Source of the DNA: an uncultured Chloroflexia bacterium
GTDB taxonomy: Bacteria; Chloroflexota; Limnocylindria; Limnocylindrales; CSP1-4
DNA: 64,000 bases
Direction: 5' to 3'
Assembly (NCBI GenBank): GCA_963703155.1
Contig: OY969796.1
Span: forward strand, 3,175,652-3,239,651
How positions within the stretch are numbered: the stretch's first letter is position 1; every line of letters begins with the position of its first letter. Shown one piece after another: positions 9,675 through 21,503 of the stretch. Below the pieces are notes generated by a model. The model saw only the letters and a program-made list of their open reading frames with translations, was not told where the DNA came from and ran no database searches. A program made the translations under genes and the position numbers.

Positions 9675-10676
9675 ATGCCGGCCGTCAGCGTTGACGACAT
9701 CACCGTCCTCCCCCGCATCCCCGCCCCGGACCCGATCGCCGCGAAGCACCGCGCCGTCGTCGCCCTGACCACGGCCCCATCGGGCTTCGAGGGCGAGGGC
9801 TTCCCCGTCCGGCGTGCGTTCGCGGGCGCCCTCCTCGAGGACCTCGACCCGTTCATCCACCTCGACCAGATGGGCGAGGTGGAGTACGCGCCCGGCGAGG
9901 CGAAGGGGACGCCGTGGCACCCCCACCGCGGCTTCGAGACCGTGACGTACATGCTCGACGGCGTCTTCGAGCACGCCGATTCCAATGGCGGCGGCGGCGT
10001 CATCACCAACGGCGACACGCAGTGGATGACCGCGGGTGCCGGGATCCTGCACATCGAGAAGCCCCCGGAGTGGCTGGTGGCCCAGGGGGGCCTGTTCCAC
10101 GGCTTCCAGCTGTGGGTGAACCTGCCGCGCGACCAGAAGCTCGCGACGCCGCGCTACCAGGACATCCGTGCCGGAGAGGTCGCGCTCGCGTCATCGCCCG
10201 ACGGCGGCGCGCTCGTCCGCGTCATCGCCGGCGAGGTCGCCGGCCACAAGGGGCCCGGCTCCACCTACACGCCCATCACGCTCGTCCACGCGACGCTCTC
10301 GCCGGGCGCGGAACTGGAGCTGCCGTGGCGCGCCGACTTCAACGCCCTCGGCTACGTGCTCGCGGGACACGGCACGGTGGGCGCCGAGCGACGGCCGGTG
10401 CGCATGGGCCAGCTCGCGGTCTTCGGTCCCGGCAACACGCTGACCTTCGCGGCTGACGCGGTCCAGGAGTCGCGCGCACCGACGCTCGACGTCCTGCTGC
10501 TCGGCGGGCGGCCGATCCGCGAGCCCATCGCCTGGATGGGCCCGTTCGTGATGAACACGCGCGAGGAGGTCCTCACGGCCTTCCGCGACTACCAGGCCGG
10601 GCGCCTGGGGACGATCCCCGCAGTCCACGGCGCGCCCACGACGATCCAGACATCAAGCCCATCGGAGCGTGCCTAG
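9675..10676 (+). CDS. pirin-family protein (bicupin, quercetinase-like)
   Basis: 333 aa; pirin N-terminal motif WHPHRGFETVTYMLDG and two cupin halves. Confidence 0.85.
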   Translation: MPAVSVDDITVLPRIPAPDPIAAKHRAVVALTTAPSGFEGEGFPVRRAFAGALLEDLDPFIHLDQMGEVEYAPGEAKGTPWHPHRGFETVTYMLDGVFEHADSNGGGGVITNGDTQWMTAGAGILHIEKPPEWLVAQGGLFHGFQLWVNLPRDQKLATPRYQDIRAGEVALASSPDGGALVRVIAGEVAGHKGPGSTYTPITLVHATLSPGAELELPWRADFNALGYVLAGHGTVGAERRPVRMGQLAVFGPGNTLTFAADAVQESRAPTLDVLLLGGRPIREPIAWMGPFVMNTREEVLTAFRDYQAGRLGTIPAVHGAPTTIQTSSPSERA

Positions 10677-10724
10677 CAAGGCCGTCGCTCGTCGCTCGTC
10701 GCGCGTCGTTCGTCCCGGCCGTCG

Positions 10725-10868
10725 CTCGTATCTCCTCCGGGAGGAAGTTGTCCGACGAACGTCGCTCGCATCTCCTCCCCACGAAGATGCGAGCGATGCG
10801 GGCGCCTCGCCGAGCACGAGGCCGCAGCCCGCTGGCTGCATAAGCTTCCCCGGGAGGAGATACGAGGG
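10725..10868. repeat. repeat-rich element: inverted terminal copies CTCGTATCTCCTCCGGGAGG (10725..10747) / CCCCGGGAGGAGATACGAGGG (10845..10868) flanking an 11-bp-stem hairpin (10762..10796); second direct copy of CGTCGCTCG(C/T)ATCTCCTCC
   Basis: Direct inspection: the two ends are near-perfect reverse complements; hairpin TCGCTCGCATC...GATGCGAGCGA; 292-bp intergenic region pirin/prolyl-oligopeptidase. Confidence 0.6.
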
Positions 10869-10968
10869 AACGGCGGGCGGTCTGGAGGCGAGGCAGACCA
10901 GCGTGGTCGCGGTATCGATCGCCGAGGGCAAGCGGCGAGACCCGACGCCCAGCGCCGCCCGATACGAT

Positions 10969-13045
10969 GGCGGCATGCCCACCTCGTACCCCATCCCGCC
11001 CACGTCCGACCAGGTTGACGACTACCACGGCACCCTGATCGCGGATCCCTACCGCCCGCTCGAGGATGCCGACGCGCCGGCAACGCGCGCCTGGATCGAC
11101 GCCGAGAACGTGCTCACGGAGTCGGTGCTCGGCGCCGTGCCGGGACGCGAGGCGATCCGGGCGCGGCTCGCGCAGCTCTGGGACGTCCCGCGCCGCGGGG
11201 TGCCCTGGCGTCGCGGCGAGCGCTGGTTCCAGCTCCGCAACACCGGCCTCCAGAACCAGGACGTGCTGTGGACGGCCGACGGGCCGCGGGCCGAGGGGCG
11301 CGTCCTGCTCGACCCGAACGCCCTCAACGCAGCCGGCACCACGACGCTCAACGCCATCTCCGTCTCGGAGAGTGGCCGCCTCGTCGCGATCGCGACCTCG
11401 GAGGCCGGCTCCGACTGGCAGACGTGGCGCGTGATCCGCGCGCGACGACGGCACCGAGCTGCCCGACCGCGTCCCGTGGAGCAAGTTCGCCGGCGCGGCG
11501 TGGACGCGCGACGAGGCCGGGTTCATCTACGGCCGCTTCCCCGAGCCCGCGGCCGGTGACGCCTTCGACGCGCCGAACCGCGGGATGCAGCTGTGCTACC
11601 ACCGGCTCGGATCGGATCCGGCCGACGACCCCGTCGTCCACGAGCGACCCGACCACGACGACTGGGGCTTCGAGCCCGAGGTCTCCGAGGACGGCGACCT
11701 GCTCGTCATCACGGTCTGGCGCGGCACGGACCCCGAGACGCGCATCCATGTCGCCGACCTGCGCGGGTTCACGGCTAGCGATCCGCTCGAGGTGCGCCCG
11801 CTGCTCGACGCAGCGGATGCGGAGTACGAGCTGATCGCCGCCGTCGGCCGAACCCTCTACCTGCGCACGAACCTCGGCGCGCCGAACCGCCGCCTCGTCG
11901 CGGTCGACGCCGACGATCCCGCCGTGATGCTCCGCGAGGTCATCGCCGAGGGCCCGGACGCGCTCGAGCGGGTCACGCTTGCGGGCGGGCGGTTCGCCGC
12001 CGTCACCCTTCACGACGCCCACAGCCGCCTCGCCCTGTTCGAGCTCGACGGCACGCCCGTCGGCCCGGTGGAGCTCCCGGGCGCCGGCACCATCGACGCC
12101 ACCTCCGGCCGTCGCGAGGATGAGAGGCTGTACCTCGCGCTGGACCAGTTCACGGCGCCCAAGCGGGTGCTGGCCGTTCGGGTCGCCGACGGCAGCGTCG
12201 AGAGCCCGCCTGACGAGGGCCTGCCGTGGGATCCCGCCGCCTTCGTCACCGAGGAGGTCTTCCCGGTCTCCGCTGACGGGACGCGCTTCCCGCTGTTCCT
12301 CGCCCATCGTCGCGACGTCCAGCCCAACGGCGACGTGCCGACGATGCTGTACGGCTACGGCGGGTTCAGCATCGCGGTGGGGCCCCGGTTCAAGCCGGAG
12401 TGGCTGGCCTGGATGGAGCGCGGCGGCCTGCTCGCAGTCGCCTCGCTGCGCGGCGGCTCGGAGTACGGCACGGCCTGGCACGACGCCGGGCGCCTCGCCA
12501 ACAAGCAGAACGTTTTCGACGATTTCGCGGCCGCCCTCCGCTGGCTCGCTGGCAGCGGGTGGACTCGGCCGGTCCGGATCGGCATCACGGGCCGCTCGAA
12601 TGGCGGGCTCCTCGTGGGCGCAGCGCTGACCCAGCACCCGGAACTGCTCGGTGCGGCCGTTCCCGAGGTCGGCGTGATGGACATGCTCCGGTTCCACCGG
12701 TTCACCATCGGCTGGGGCTGGACGAGCGACTACGGCAACCCCGACGACCCCGAGCAGTTCGCCTGGGTCCGGGCCTACTCGCCGCTCCACGGCATTCGGC
12801 CCGGCACCGCCTATCCGCCGACGCTGGTGACGACGGCCGACCACGACGATCGCGTGGTGCCCGGCCACTCGTTCAAGTTCGCCGCCGCGCTCCAGGCGGC
12901 CCAGGCGGGTGACGCCTGCGTGCTCATCCGGGTCGACACCGACGCCGGCCACGGCGCCGGCAAGCCGGTGAGCAAGCTGATCGCCGAGCGCGCCGACGTC
13001 CTCGCGTTCCTCGAGTCCGCGCTGGGCGACGCGCCGGGGGCATAG
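10969..13045 (+). pseudogene. prolyl oligopeptidase (S9A), frameshifted: N-terminal propeller in frame 1 (10969 to about 11440), remainder in frame 2 (to 13045)
   Basis: N-terminus YHGTLIADPYRPLED and C-terminal catalytic domain (GITGRSNGGLL, DHDDRV, HGAG) lie in two track ORFs (10669.. and 11585..); the frames join at a CGCGCGCG run at 11437..11444; total length is 3n+1. Confidence 0.7.
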
Positions 13046-13059
13046 CCCGCAGCACATTC

Positions 13060-13097
13060 CGCAATAAGTATTGCGCAATGGTTGTTGCGGATATATC
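13060..13097 (+). promoter_or_regulatory. putative ArsR-family operator (CGCAATAagTATTGCG palindrome plus overlapping TTGCGCAA) and -10-like TATATC placed for a leaderless transcript at ATG 13106
   Basis: AT-rich island in high-GC DNA directly upstream of the ArsR-like gene; perfect 7-bp inverted arms. Confidence 0.45.
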
Positions 13098-13105
13098 ATG
13101 ACGCC

Positions 13106-13690
13106 ATGAGCGAAGCGCGCGTCAAGCAGGTCACCGATCTGGCCGGGCTGCGGGCCCTCGGCCACCCCCTCCGGCTCCGGCTCCTCGGCCTGCTTCGCGC
13201 AGGCGGCCCCGCCACGGCAACGGTCCTCGGCGACAAGGTGGGAGCGGCGCCCAATGCCGTCAGCTACCACCTCCGGCAGCTCGCGAGGGCAGGCTTCATC
13301 GAGCCGGCCGAGACAGGTGGCGCTGACCGACGCGAGCACGCCTGGAAGGCCAGCCACGACGTGACGTCCTGGGAGCCGTCGGGCTTTGGCGATTCGCCCG
13401 AGTCGAGCGCCGCCGCAGACCTCCTCCGCCGCAGGATCTTCGACGCCTACGAGCAGGCCATCGAGGGGTACCTGCGCGGCGAATCGGAGGAGCCGGCCTC
13501 GTGGCGCGAAGCCGCCGGGTTCGGCGACCTCGCGTTCCGTGCGAGCCCGGACGACCTCAAGGCCGTGCTGGCAGAGGTGAACGCCGTCGTCGCCCGCCAC
13601 CAGCAGCGCGCCCGCAGTGCCGAGGACGACCCTGGCGCACGGACCGTCATGGTCATCTGGCACGGCATTCCGCTGCCGGCCGACCGATGA
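13106..13690 (+). CDS. ArsR/SmtB-like winged-helix transcriptional regulator
   Basis: ORF from TTG 13082, in-frame ATG 13106; HTH region LRLRLLGLL...NAVSYHLRQLARAGFI; stop overlaps downstream MFS start. Confidence 0.65.
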   Translation: MSEARVKQVTDLAGLRALGHPLRLRLLGLLRAGGPATATVLGDKVGAAPNAVSYHLRQLARAGFIEPAETGGADRREHAWKASHDVTSWEPSGFGDSPESSAAADLLRRRIFDAYEQAIEGYLRGESEEPASWREAAGFGDLAFRASPDDLKAVLAEVNAVVARHQQRARSAEDDPGARTVMVIWHGIPLPADR

Positions 13691-15006
13691 GCAGCCAGCC
13701 GCGTCCGAGCGTCGCCCGCCGCCTCGCGGGACGGCTCGTGTCTCCCCTGCTCCGCGAGGAGGACTTCCGGCATTTCTGGCTCGGCCAGACGATCTCGGTC
13801 TTCGGCGACCAGGTCACGCAGCTCGGCCTCCCGCTGGTCGCCGTGCTCGTGCTGGGCGCCGACGCGACGCAGATGGGGACGCTGCTCGCGGTGGGCCTCC
13901 TGCCGCACCTGCTGTTCTCGCTGCCGGCGGGCGTCTGGCTGGACCGGGTTCGCCATCGCCGCCGACTGATGATCGCCGCCGACATCGCCCGAGCTGCGCT
14001 CATCGCCAGCATCCCCGTCGCCTCCATCGCGGGTGTCCTGTCGATGGCCCAGCTCTACGTCGTCGGCTTCCTTGCCGGCTCAATGGCGGTCGTGTTCGAC
14101 ATCTCCTGGAACACGCTGCTGGTGGCGGTCGCGCGCCGCGACGCGTTCGTCCAGGCGAACGCGCTCTTCTCCGGCAGCCGCGCGCTCGCGTTCGTCGGCG
14201 GTCCGCCGCTGGCTGGCGTGCTGGTCCAGGTCCTGACGGCGCCGATCGCGCTGGTCGCCGACGCCCTGTCGTTCGTCGGCTCGGCGTTCTACCTGAGGCG
14301 CATCCACGCCGAGGAGCCGCCGATCGACATCGTCGAGGAATCGCTGCGCACGAGGCTCTCGACGGGCCTGCTGTTCATCTTCCGCGACTCGATCATGCGC
14401 CCGATCCTGCTGTCGGTCGCGACGATCAACCTGTTCAACTTCTGCTTCCAGGCGCTCTTCATCCTGTACGTCACGACTCGGCTCGGGGTGAGCCCGGGCG
14501 TGCTCGGCGCGGCCCTCGGCGCCGGGGCGGTCGGCGGGGTCATCGGGGCGCTGATCGCCTCGCGTGTCGGCAGGCGGCTGGGCCTGGGCGGGGCGTACAC
14601 GCTCGGCTGCGTGCTCTTCCCGGTCCCGATCATCCTCGTGCCGCTGGTCACCGGGCCATCCGAGGCCGTCATCGCGATGCTGTTCGCGGTGGAGTTCCTG
14701 GCAGGGCTCGGCGTGCAGATCCTCGACATCAACGTGGGGGCGGTCCTCGCGGCCCGGACCCCGGACGCGATCCGCTCCCGGTCGGGCGGCGCGTTCCGGT
14801 TCATCAACTACGGGATCCGGCCGGTCGGGGCGTTCCTCGGCGGGCTGCTGGGTGGCATCGTCGGGGTCCGCGAGACGCTGTTCGTGGTCACGATCGCGGC
14901 CTCGCTGGGCGTGGTGTGGCTGATCGGGTCGCCGATCCCGGGCCTGCGCGACATGCCGGAGCCTGCGCGGCTCGGGCCCGAACCGGCAGCGGAAGGCCCC
15001 GCGTAG
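13687..15006 (+). CDS. MFS transporter (EntS/MFS_3-like, 12 TM)
   Basis: ATG overlaps ArsR stop (ATGA); hydrophobic 12-helix pattern; MFS-type start [14 protein letters not shown]. Confidence 0.75.
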   Translation: MSSQPRPSVARRLAGRLVSPLLREEDFRHFWLGQTISVFGDQVTQLGLPLVAVLVLGADATQMGTLLAVGLLPHLLFSLPAGVWLDRVRHRRRLMIAADIARAALIASIPVASIAGVLSMAQLYVVGFLAGSMAVVFDISWNTLLVAVARRDAFVQANALFSGSRALAFVGGPPLAGVLVQVLTAPIALVADALSFVGSAFYLRRIHAEEPPIDIVEESLRTRLSTGLLFIFRDSIMRPILLSVATINLFNFCFQALFILYVTTRLGVSPGVLGAALGAGAVGGVIGALIASRVGRRLGLGGAYTLGCVLFPVPIILVPLVTGPSEAVIAMLFAVEFLAGLGVQILDINVGAVLAARTPDAIRSRSGGAFRFINYGIRPVGAFLGGLLGGIVGVRETLFVVTIAASLGVVWLIGSPIPGLRDMPEPARLGPEPAAEGPA

Positions 15007-15081
15007 AGGCGGCGGCCTGGCCAGGGGCTCCCGGCCCGCGCCACGAGTGGCGTCCTGCCCCGCCGTCTCCGGGCGACGAGC

Positions 15082-16738
<1,657 letters not shown>

Positions 16739-16824
16739 CGGGGCCTCGATCTGGGCACGGCGGGGATCGTCGTGTGCACGATAGCGCTCCCCGCCGCCAC
16801 CCGGATGGTCAGGCGCCGACCAGC

Positions 16825-16963
16825 TCGCCCCCGGGGAGGCGCTTGTCCGCTCCGCGACCCCCCCCTATCGCCCCCGGGAGGCGATACGGGGCCAGGCGCC
16901 GAAGGTCCGAGCGTGGAGCCCGAGTCCGACTCGCGATAATCGCCTCCCGGGGGCGATAGGGGG
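16825..16963. repeat. 31-bp inverted repeat pair CCCCCTATCGCCCCCGGGAGGCGATACGGGG (16861..16891) / GCGATAATCGCCTCCCGGGGGCGATAGGGGG (16933..16963) with a partial third copy at 16825..16842; each copy internally palindromic around CCCGGG
   Basis: Direct inspection of the pgm / ABC-ATPase divergent intergenic region; same TATC-CCGGG-GATA architecture as the 10.7-kb and 42.7-kb elements but with compensatory TCC/GGA -> GCC/GGC changes. Confidence 0.6.
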
Positions 16964-17186
16964 ACGGATCGCGCAAGCCGCGGCCGCGCAATCTGCGGCA
17001 CGACGCGGTGCGACGGCACGACGCGGAGCGCCCTGGCGGCGCGAGGGCATGGCGCTGCGATGCGCGGCGTCGTACGATGCGCCTGACCCGAGCCAGCTCC
17101 TCGTACGGGGCTCGTCCTAGTCCGCCAGCTTGTTCCGGCGGCAGGATGCATGAGCCCGCGATGCCTGGGCGGGATGGAGGTTCCTC

Positions 17187-18287
<1,101 letters not shown>

Positions 18288-18360
18288 CCCAAACCCGTAC
18301 TTACGGCAACGGCCGGTCCGCCTGCGGCGGGCCGGTCGTTCCACGTCTGGGAGGCCAGCC

Positions 18361-18963
18361 ATGACCGACGAACCCGATCCCCTCCCCGCCGCGGACCCGC
18401 TGGCCGAGCGCGTCGTCGCGTCCGAGGTGGTGCACCGCGGGCGCTACATGGAGTTCCGGGTTGACACCGTCGAGCGCGCTGACGGCAGCCGGCACACGCG
18501 CGACATCGTGGGGCACCCGGGCGCAGTAGCGATCCTTGCGGTGGACGACCTGGGCCGCGTGCTGTTCGTGCGCCAGTGGCGCGTCGCCGCCGGGCAGGGC
18601 CTGCTGGAGATCCCGGCCGGCACGCTCGATGTGCACGATGGCATCACCGAGGACCCTGGCGTCGCCGCCCGCCGCGAACTCGAGGAGGAGACCGGCCACC
18701 GCGCCGACTCGTGGCGCAGGCTGGCGTCGTTCTGGACCGCTCCCGGCTTCGCGACCGAGAAGATGCACCTGTACCTCGCGGAGCGGCTGGTCCCGGCGCT
18801 CGACGCCGATCGGCTCGCGCCCGACGAGGACGAGGCGCTCGAGCTGCGGCATCTGTCTCTGGACGAAGCGCTCGGCCTCGTGGAAACTGGGCAGATCGCG
18901 GACGCGAAGTCCATCCTCGGCATCCTGTGGCTCGAGCGGATCCGCCGGGCAGACGAGCGCTGA
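18361..18963 (+). CDS. NUDIX hydrolase (ADP-ribose pyrophosphatase-like)
   Basis: Nudix box GTLDVHDGITEDPGVAARRELEEETG. Confidence 0.75.
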   Translation: MTDEPDPLPAADPLAERVVASEVVHRGRYMEFRVDTVERADGSRHTRDIVGHPGAVAILAVDDLGRVLFVRQWRVAAGQGLLEIPAGTLDVHDGITEDPGVAARRELEEETGHRADSWRRLASFWTAPGFATEKMHLYLAERLVPALDADRLAPDEDEALELRHLSLDEALGLVETGQIADAKSILGILWLERIRRADER

Positions 18964-18987
18964 GGGCGTCACACATCCGGGGGGACG

Positions 18988-19932
18988 ATGTCGACCGAGA
19001 CCATCGCTGCACGGGGACAGGCCCGGGCCACCCTCCGCGCCTCCCGAACCGCTGATGCCCCGCTGATCCTCGCGGCCATGTTCGACGCGCTCGCGCGAGG
19101 CGAGTACGACGCGACGGAGCGACACCAGCTCGAGCATGCCGCCGGCCGCATCGCGAGCAACCCCGAATGCTGCACCGTGGCCGAGGCGGACGGGCGCCTC
19201 GCAGGCTGGGTCGTGCCGGGCGATGGCGACCTGACGGTGCTGCCCGCGGACCGGCGGCAAGGGATCGGGCGCCAACTCCTCGCGGCGGGCCGCGCCATGG
19301 CTGCCGCGGATGGGCGCGAGGTGCTCCGCCTGTGGGTTCGCCGCCAGCCAGGGCCCGAAGCGTTCGCGAGCGCCTGCGGACTCCGCTACTCCTCGTCGCT
19401 GTGGCAGATGCGGCTGACCGGCCCTGACCTGGCCGCCGCGCCAGAACCGGCGTTCCCCGCCGGGACCGCGATCCGGAGCCTGCGCCTGGGCCAGGACGAG
19501 CCGTCGTTCGTGGCGCTCGTGAACCGGATCTTCGTGGACCACCCCTCCCCGATCTGCCTGACCGAGGATGAGGTCCGACGGGTGCCCGCCACGCCGGGTC
19601 CCGACGCGGGCGCGATCCTCGTGGTCGAGGATCTCTCGACGCGCGAGATGGTGGGCTTCTGCCGAGTCGTGCGCTACCGCGCCGGGAATGGCTCGCCCGA
19701 GGGCGAGATCCGCCTGCTGGGTGTCGACCGTCCGTGGCGTGGGCGGGGGCTCGGCCGGGCCGTGACCGCCTGGGGCCTGGCCGAGTTGCGGCGCCGCGGC
19801 GCGGAGGCCGTGGCCCTTGCCGTGGAGGGCGAGAACGAGAGCGCCCATCGCCTGTACGCCGCGCTCGGGTTCCGCTTCGGGGCGGAGTGGCCGCACTGGA
19901 CCATCGCCGCCGCGCCCGTCCCGGCCGACTGA
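18988..19932 (+). CDS. two-domain GNAT N-acetyltransferase (mycothiol synthase MshD-like)
   Basis: 314 aa with two tandem GNAT folds (RRQGIGRQLL and WRGRGLGRAV acetyl-CoA loops). Confidence 0.6.
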   Translation: MSTETIAARGQARATLRASRTADAPLILAAMFDALARGEYDATERHQLEHAAGRIASNPECCTVAEADGRLAGWVVPGDGDLTVLPADRRQGIGRQLLAAGRAMAAADGREVLRLWVRRQPGPEAFASACGLRYSSSLWQMRLTGPDLAAAPEPAFPAGTAIRSLRLGQDEPSFVALVNRIFVDHPSPICLTEDEVRRVPATPGPDAGAILVVEDLSTREMVGFCRVVRYRAGNGSPEGEIRLLGVDRPWRGRGLGRAVTAWGLAELRRRGAEAVALAVEGENESAHRLYAALGFRFGAEWPHWTIAAAPVPAD

Positions 19933-19969
19933 GCTCGCGACACCGCGCCTACGCCCGTCGGCGGTCGCC

Positions 19970-20398
19970 TCAGGATCGGGGCGCCCCGCCCCCGCGACCG
20001 GCGACCGCCCGCTCCAGCGCTCCTCGGTAGAGGGCCGAGTCGGGCGCCAGCGCGCACGCGAGCCGCAGGTGGGTCACGGCCTCGGGCACGCGTCCCAGCT
20101 TGCGCAGGCTCTGGGCCAGCGCGTAGTGCCCGTAGGGCGATGACGGGTCCACCTCGAGCAGGGCTTCGAAGACCTCGTGAGCGCGATCGTGCTGGCCCCC
20201 GTTGAAGCACGCACGGCCGAGCGCCTCCAGGATCGAACCCCGGCCCGGCTCCAGGCTGGCCGCGCGCTCGAGCACGATCGCCGCCTGCGCGTTGTGGCGA
20301 CCGTGCATCAGGGCTTGGCCGCGCTGGAGGAGCTCATAGGCGGATTCGGGCTCTGCGGGCTGGGGCTCGCCGTCGGGACGGGGCGATTCGTCCTGCAT
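19970..20398 (-). CDS. TPR-repeat protein
   Basis: 142 aa, tetratricopeptide-like helical repeats (AxxxxxxAL...P pattern). Confidence 0.5.
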   Translation of the reverse strand: MQDESPRPDGEPQPAEPESAYELLQRGQALMHGRHNAQAAIVLERAASLEPGRGSILEALGRACFNGGQHDRAHEVFEALLEVDPSSPYGHYALAQSLRKLGRVPEAVTHLRLACALAPDSALYRGALERAVAGRGGGAPRS

Positions 20399-20446
20399 GG
20401 GGCGATGCTCGCACGGACGGCCCGAGCCCGCAGATGGGCGCCGCGG

Positions 20447-21466
20447 TCAGTCGCGCCAGGTCGTCAGGTCGAGTGCCTTGAGTCGCGGGCTGTCCGTCAC
20501 GCCGGGGATCCGCCCGCGCTTGGCGATCGGCTGCCCGTCGATCTCCTTGATGTCGCCGGTGAAGTCGATCGGCGTCGCCCCCGAGATGTAGCTGCCCACC
20601 GCGAACGAGTCGACCGGGGCGGCCTTCTCCTTGAAGTAGAGGATCCGCTCGGGCGTCAGGCCGCCGGACACGACGATGCGGACGTGGCCGTAGCCCTCGC
20701 GGTCGAGGCGCGCCCGGACCTCGGTCACGAGGTCGGCGGTGACGCGACCGCGCTCGGACGGCGTGTCGAGGCGGACCCCGTAGAGCCGGTCGCCCAGCGC
20801 GTGGGCCACGCGGAGCGCCTCCTCGGCCTCGTCCTTGAACGTGTCCACGAGCACGATCCGGGGGACGTCGGGGGGCATGTCCCGGTCGAACGCCTCGGCG
20901 GCGCGAACGGTGTCCCCGAAGATCAGCACCAGCGAGTGGGGCATCGTCCCGGTGGGGTTGAGCTTCGCGAGGCGCGCGCCGGCTGGAGTGGACGCGCCGA
21001 CGCAGCCGCCGACGATCGCGGCGTAGTCGAGCACATCGGTGATGTCCGGGTGCACGTGGCGGGCGCCGAAGGAGATCACCGGCTGCGGGGCGGCGGCCTC
21101 GACGCACCGGCGGGCGGCGGTCGCCCATCCCGTCGACTGCGAGAGCATGCCGAGCATGGCGGTCTCGTACAGGGCGAAGGCACGGTACCGGGCGTGGATG
21201 CGGAGGACCACTTCCTTGGGCGTGACGAGGTCGCCGTCCTCCATGGCCTCGACAACCGCGCCGGGCTCATCCGCGAGCACGTGGCCGATCAGGTTGGTGG
21301 CCTCGCCCATCCCGCACAGGACGGCGTCCTCGCGGCAGAAGACCTCCATCGTCACGACCGGGTCGATCCCTTCGCGGTCGAGGATGCTGTTGGCGCGCGC
21401 GAAGTAGACATCGGCCGTCGCGCCGGAGAGGATCTCGATCGACGGTCGCGTGCGCTGGAGACCCAT
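20447..21466 (-). CDS. nicotinate phosphoribosyltransferase (type II PRTase family)
   Basis: ATG at 21466 inside longer track ORF; NAPRTase-like motifs (GTMPHS, VLVDTFKD, SGGL). Confidence 0.65.
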   Translation of the reverse strand: MGLQRTRPSIEILSGATADVYFARANSILDREGIDPVVTMEVFCREDAVLCGMGEATNLIGHVLADEPGAVVEAMEDGDLVTPKEVVLRIHARYRAFALYETAMLGMLSQSTGWATAARRCVEAAAPQPVISFGARHVHPDITDVLDYAAIVGGCVGASTPAGARLAKLNPTGTMPHSLVLIFGDTVRAAEAFDRDMPPDVPRIVLVDTFKDEAEEALRVAHALGDRLYGVRLDTPSERGRVTADLVTEVRARLDREGYGHVRIVVSGGLTPERILYFKEKAAPVDSFAVGSYISGATPIDFTGDIKEIDGQPIAKRGRIPGVTDSPRLKALDLTTWRD

Positions 21467-21503
21467 CAAGCGCTCACCGCGTCCCGGGCGCTGGCCATGA
21501 CGA

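Noticed and set aside
11348-13663. 771-aa minus-strand ORF
   Set aside because: Lies fully antisense to the prolyl oligopeptidase and ArsR genes; no motifs; low-complexity Arg/Ala/Gly-rich.
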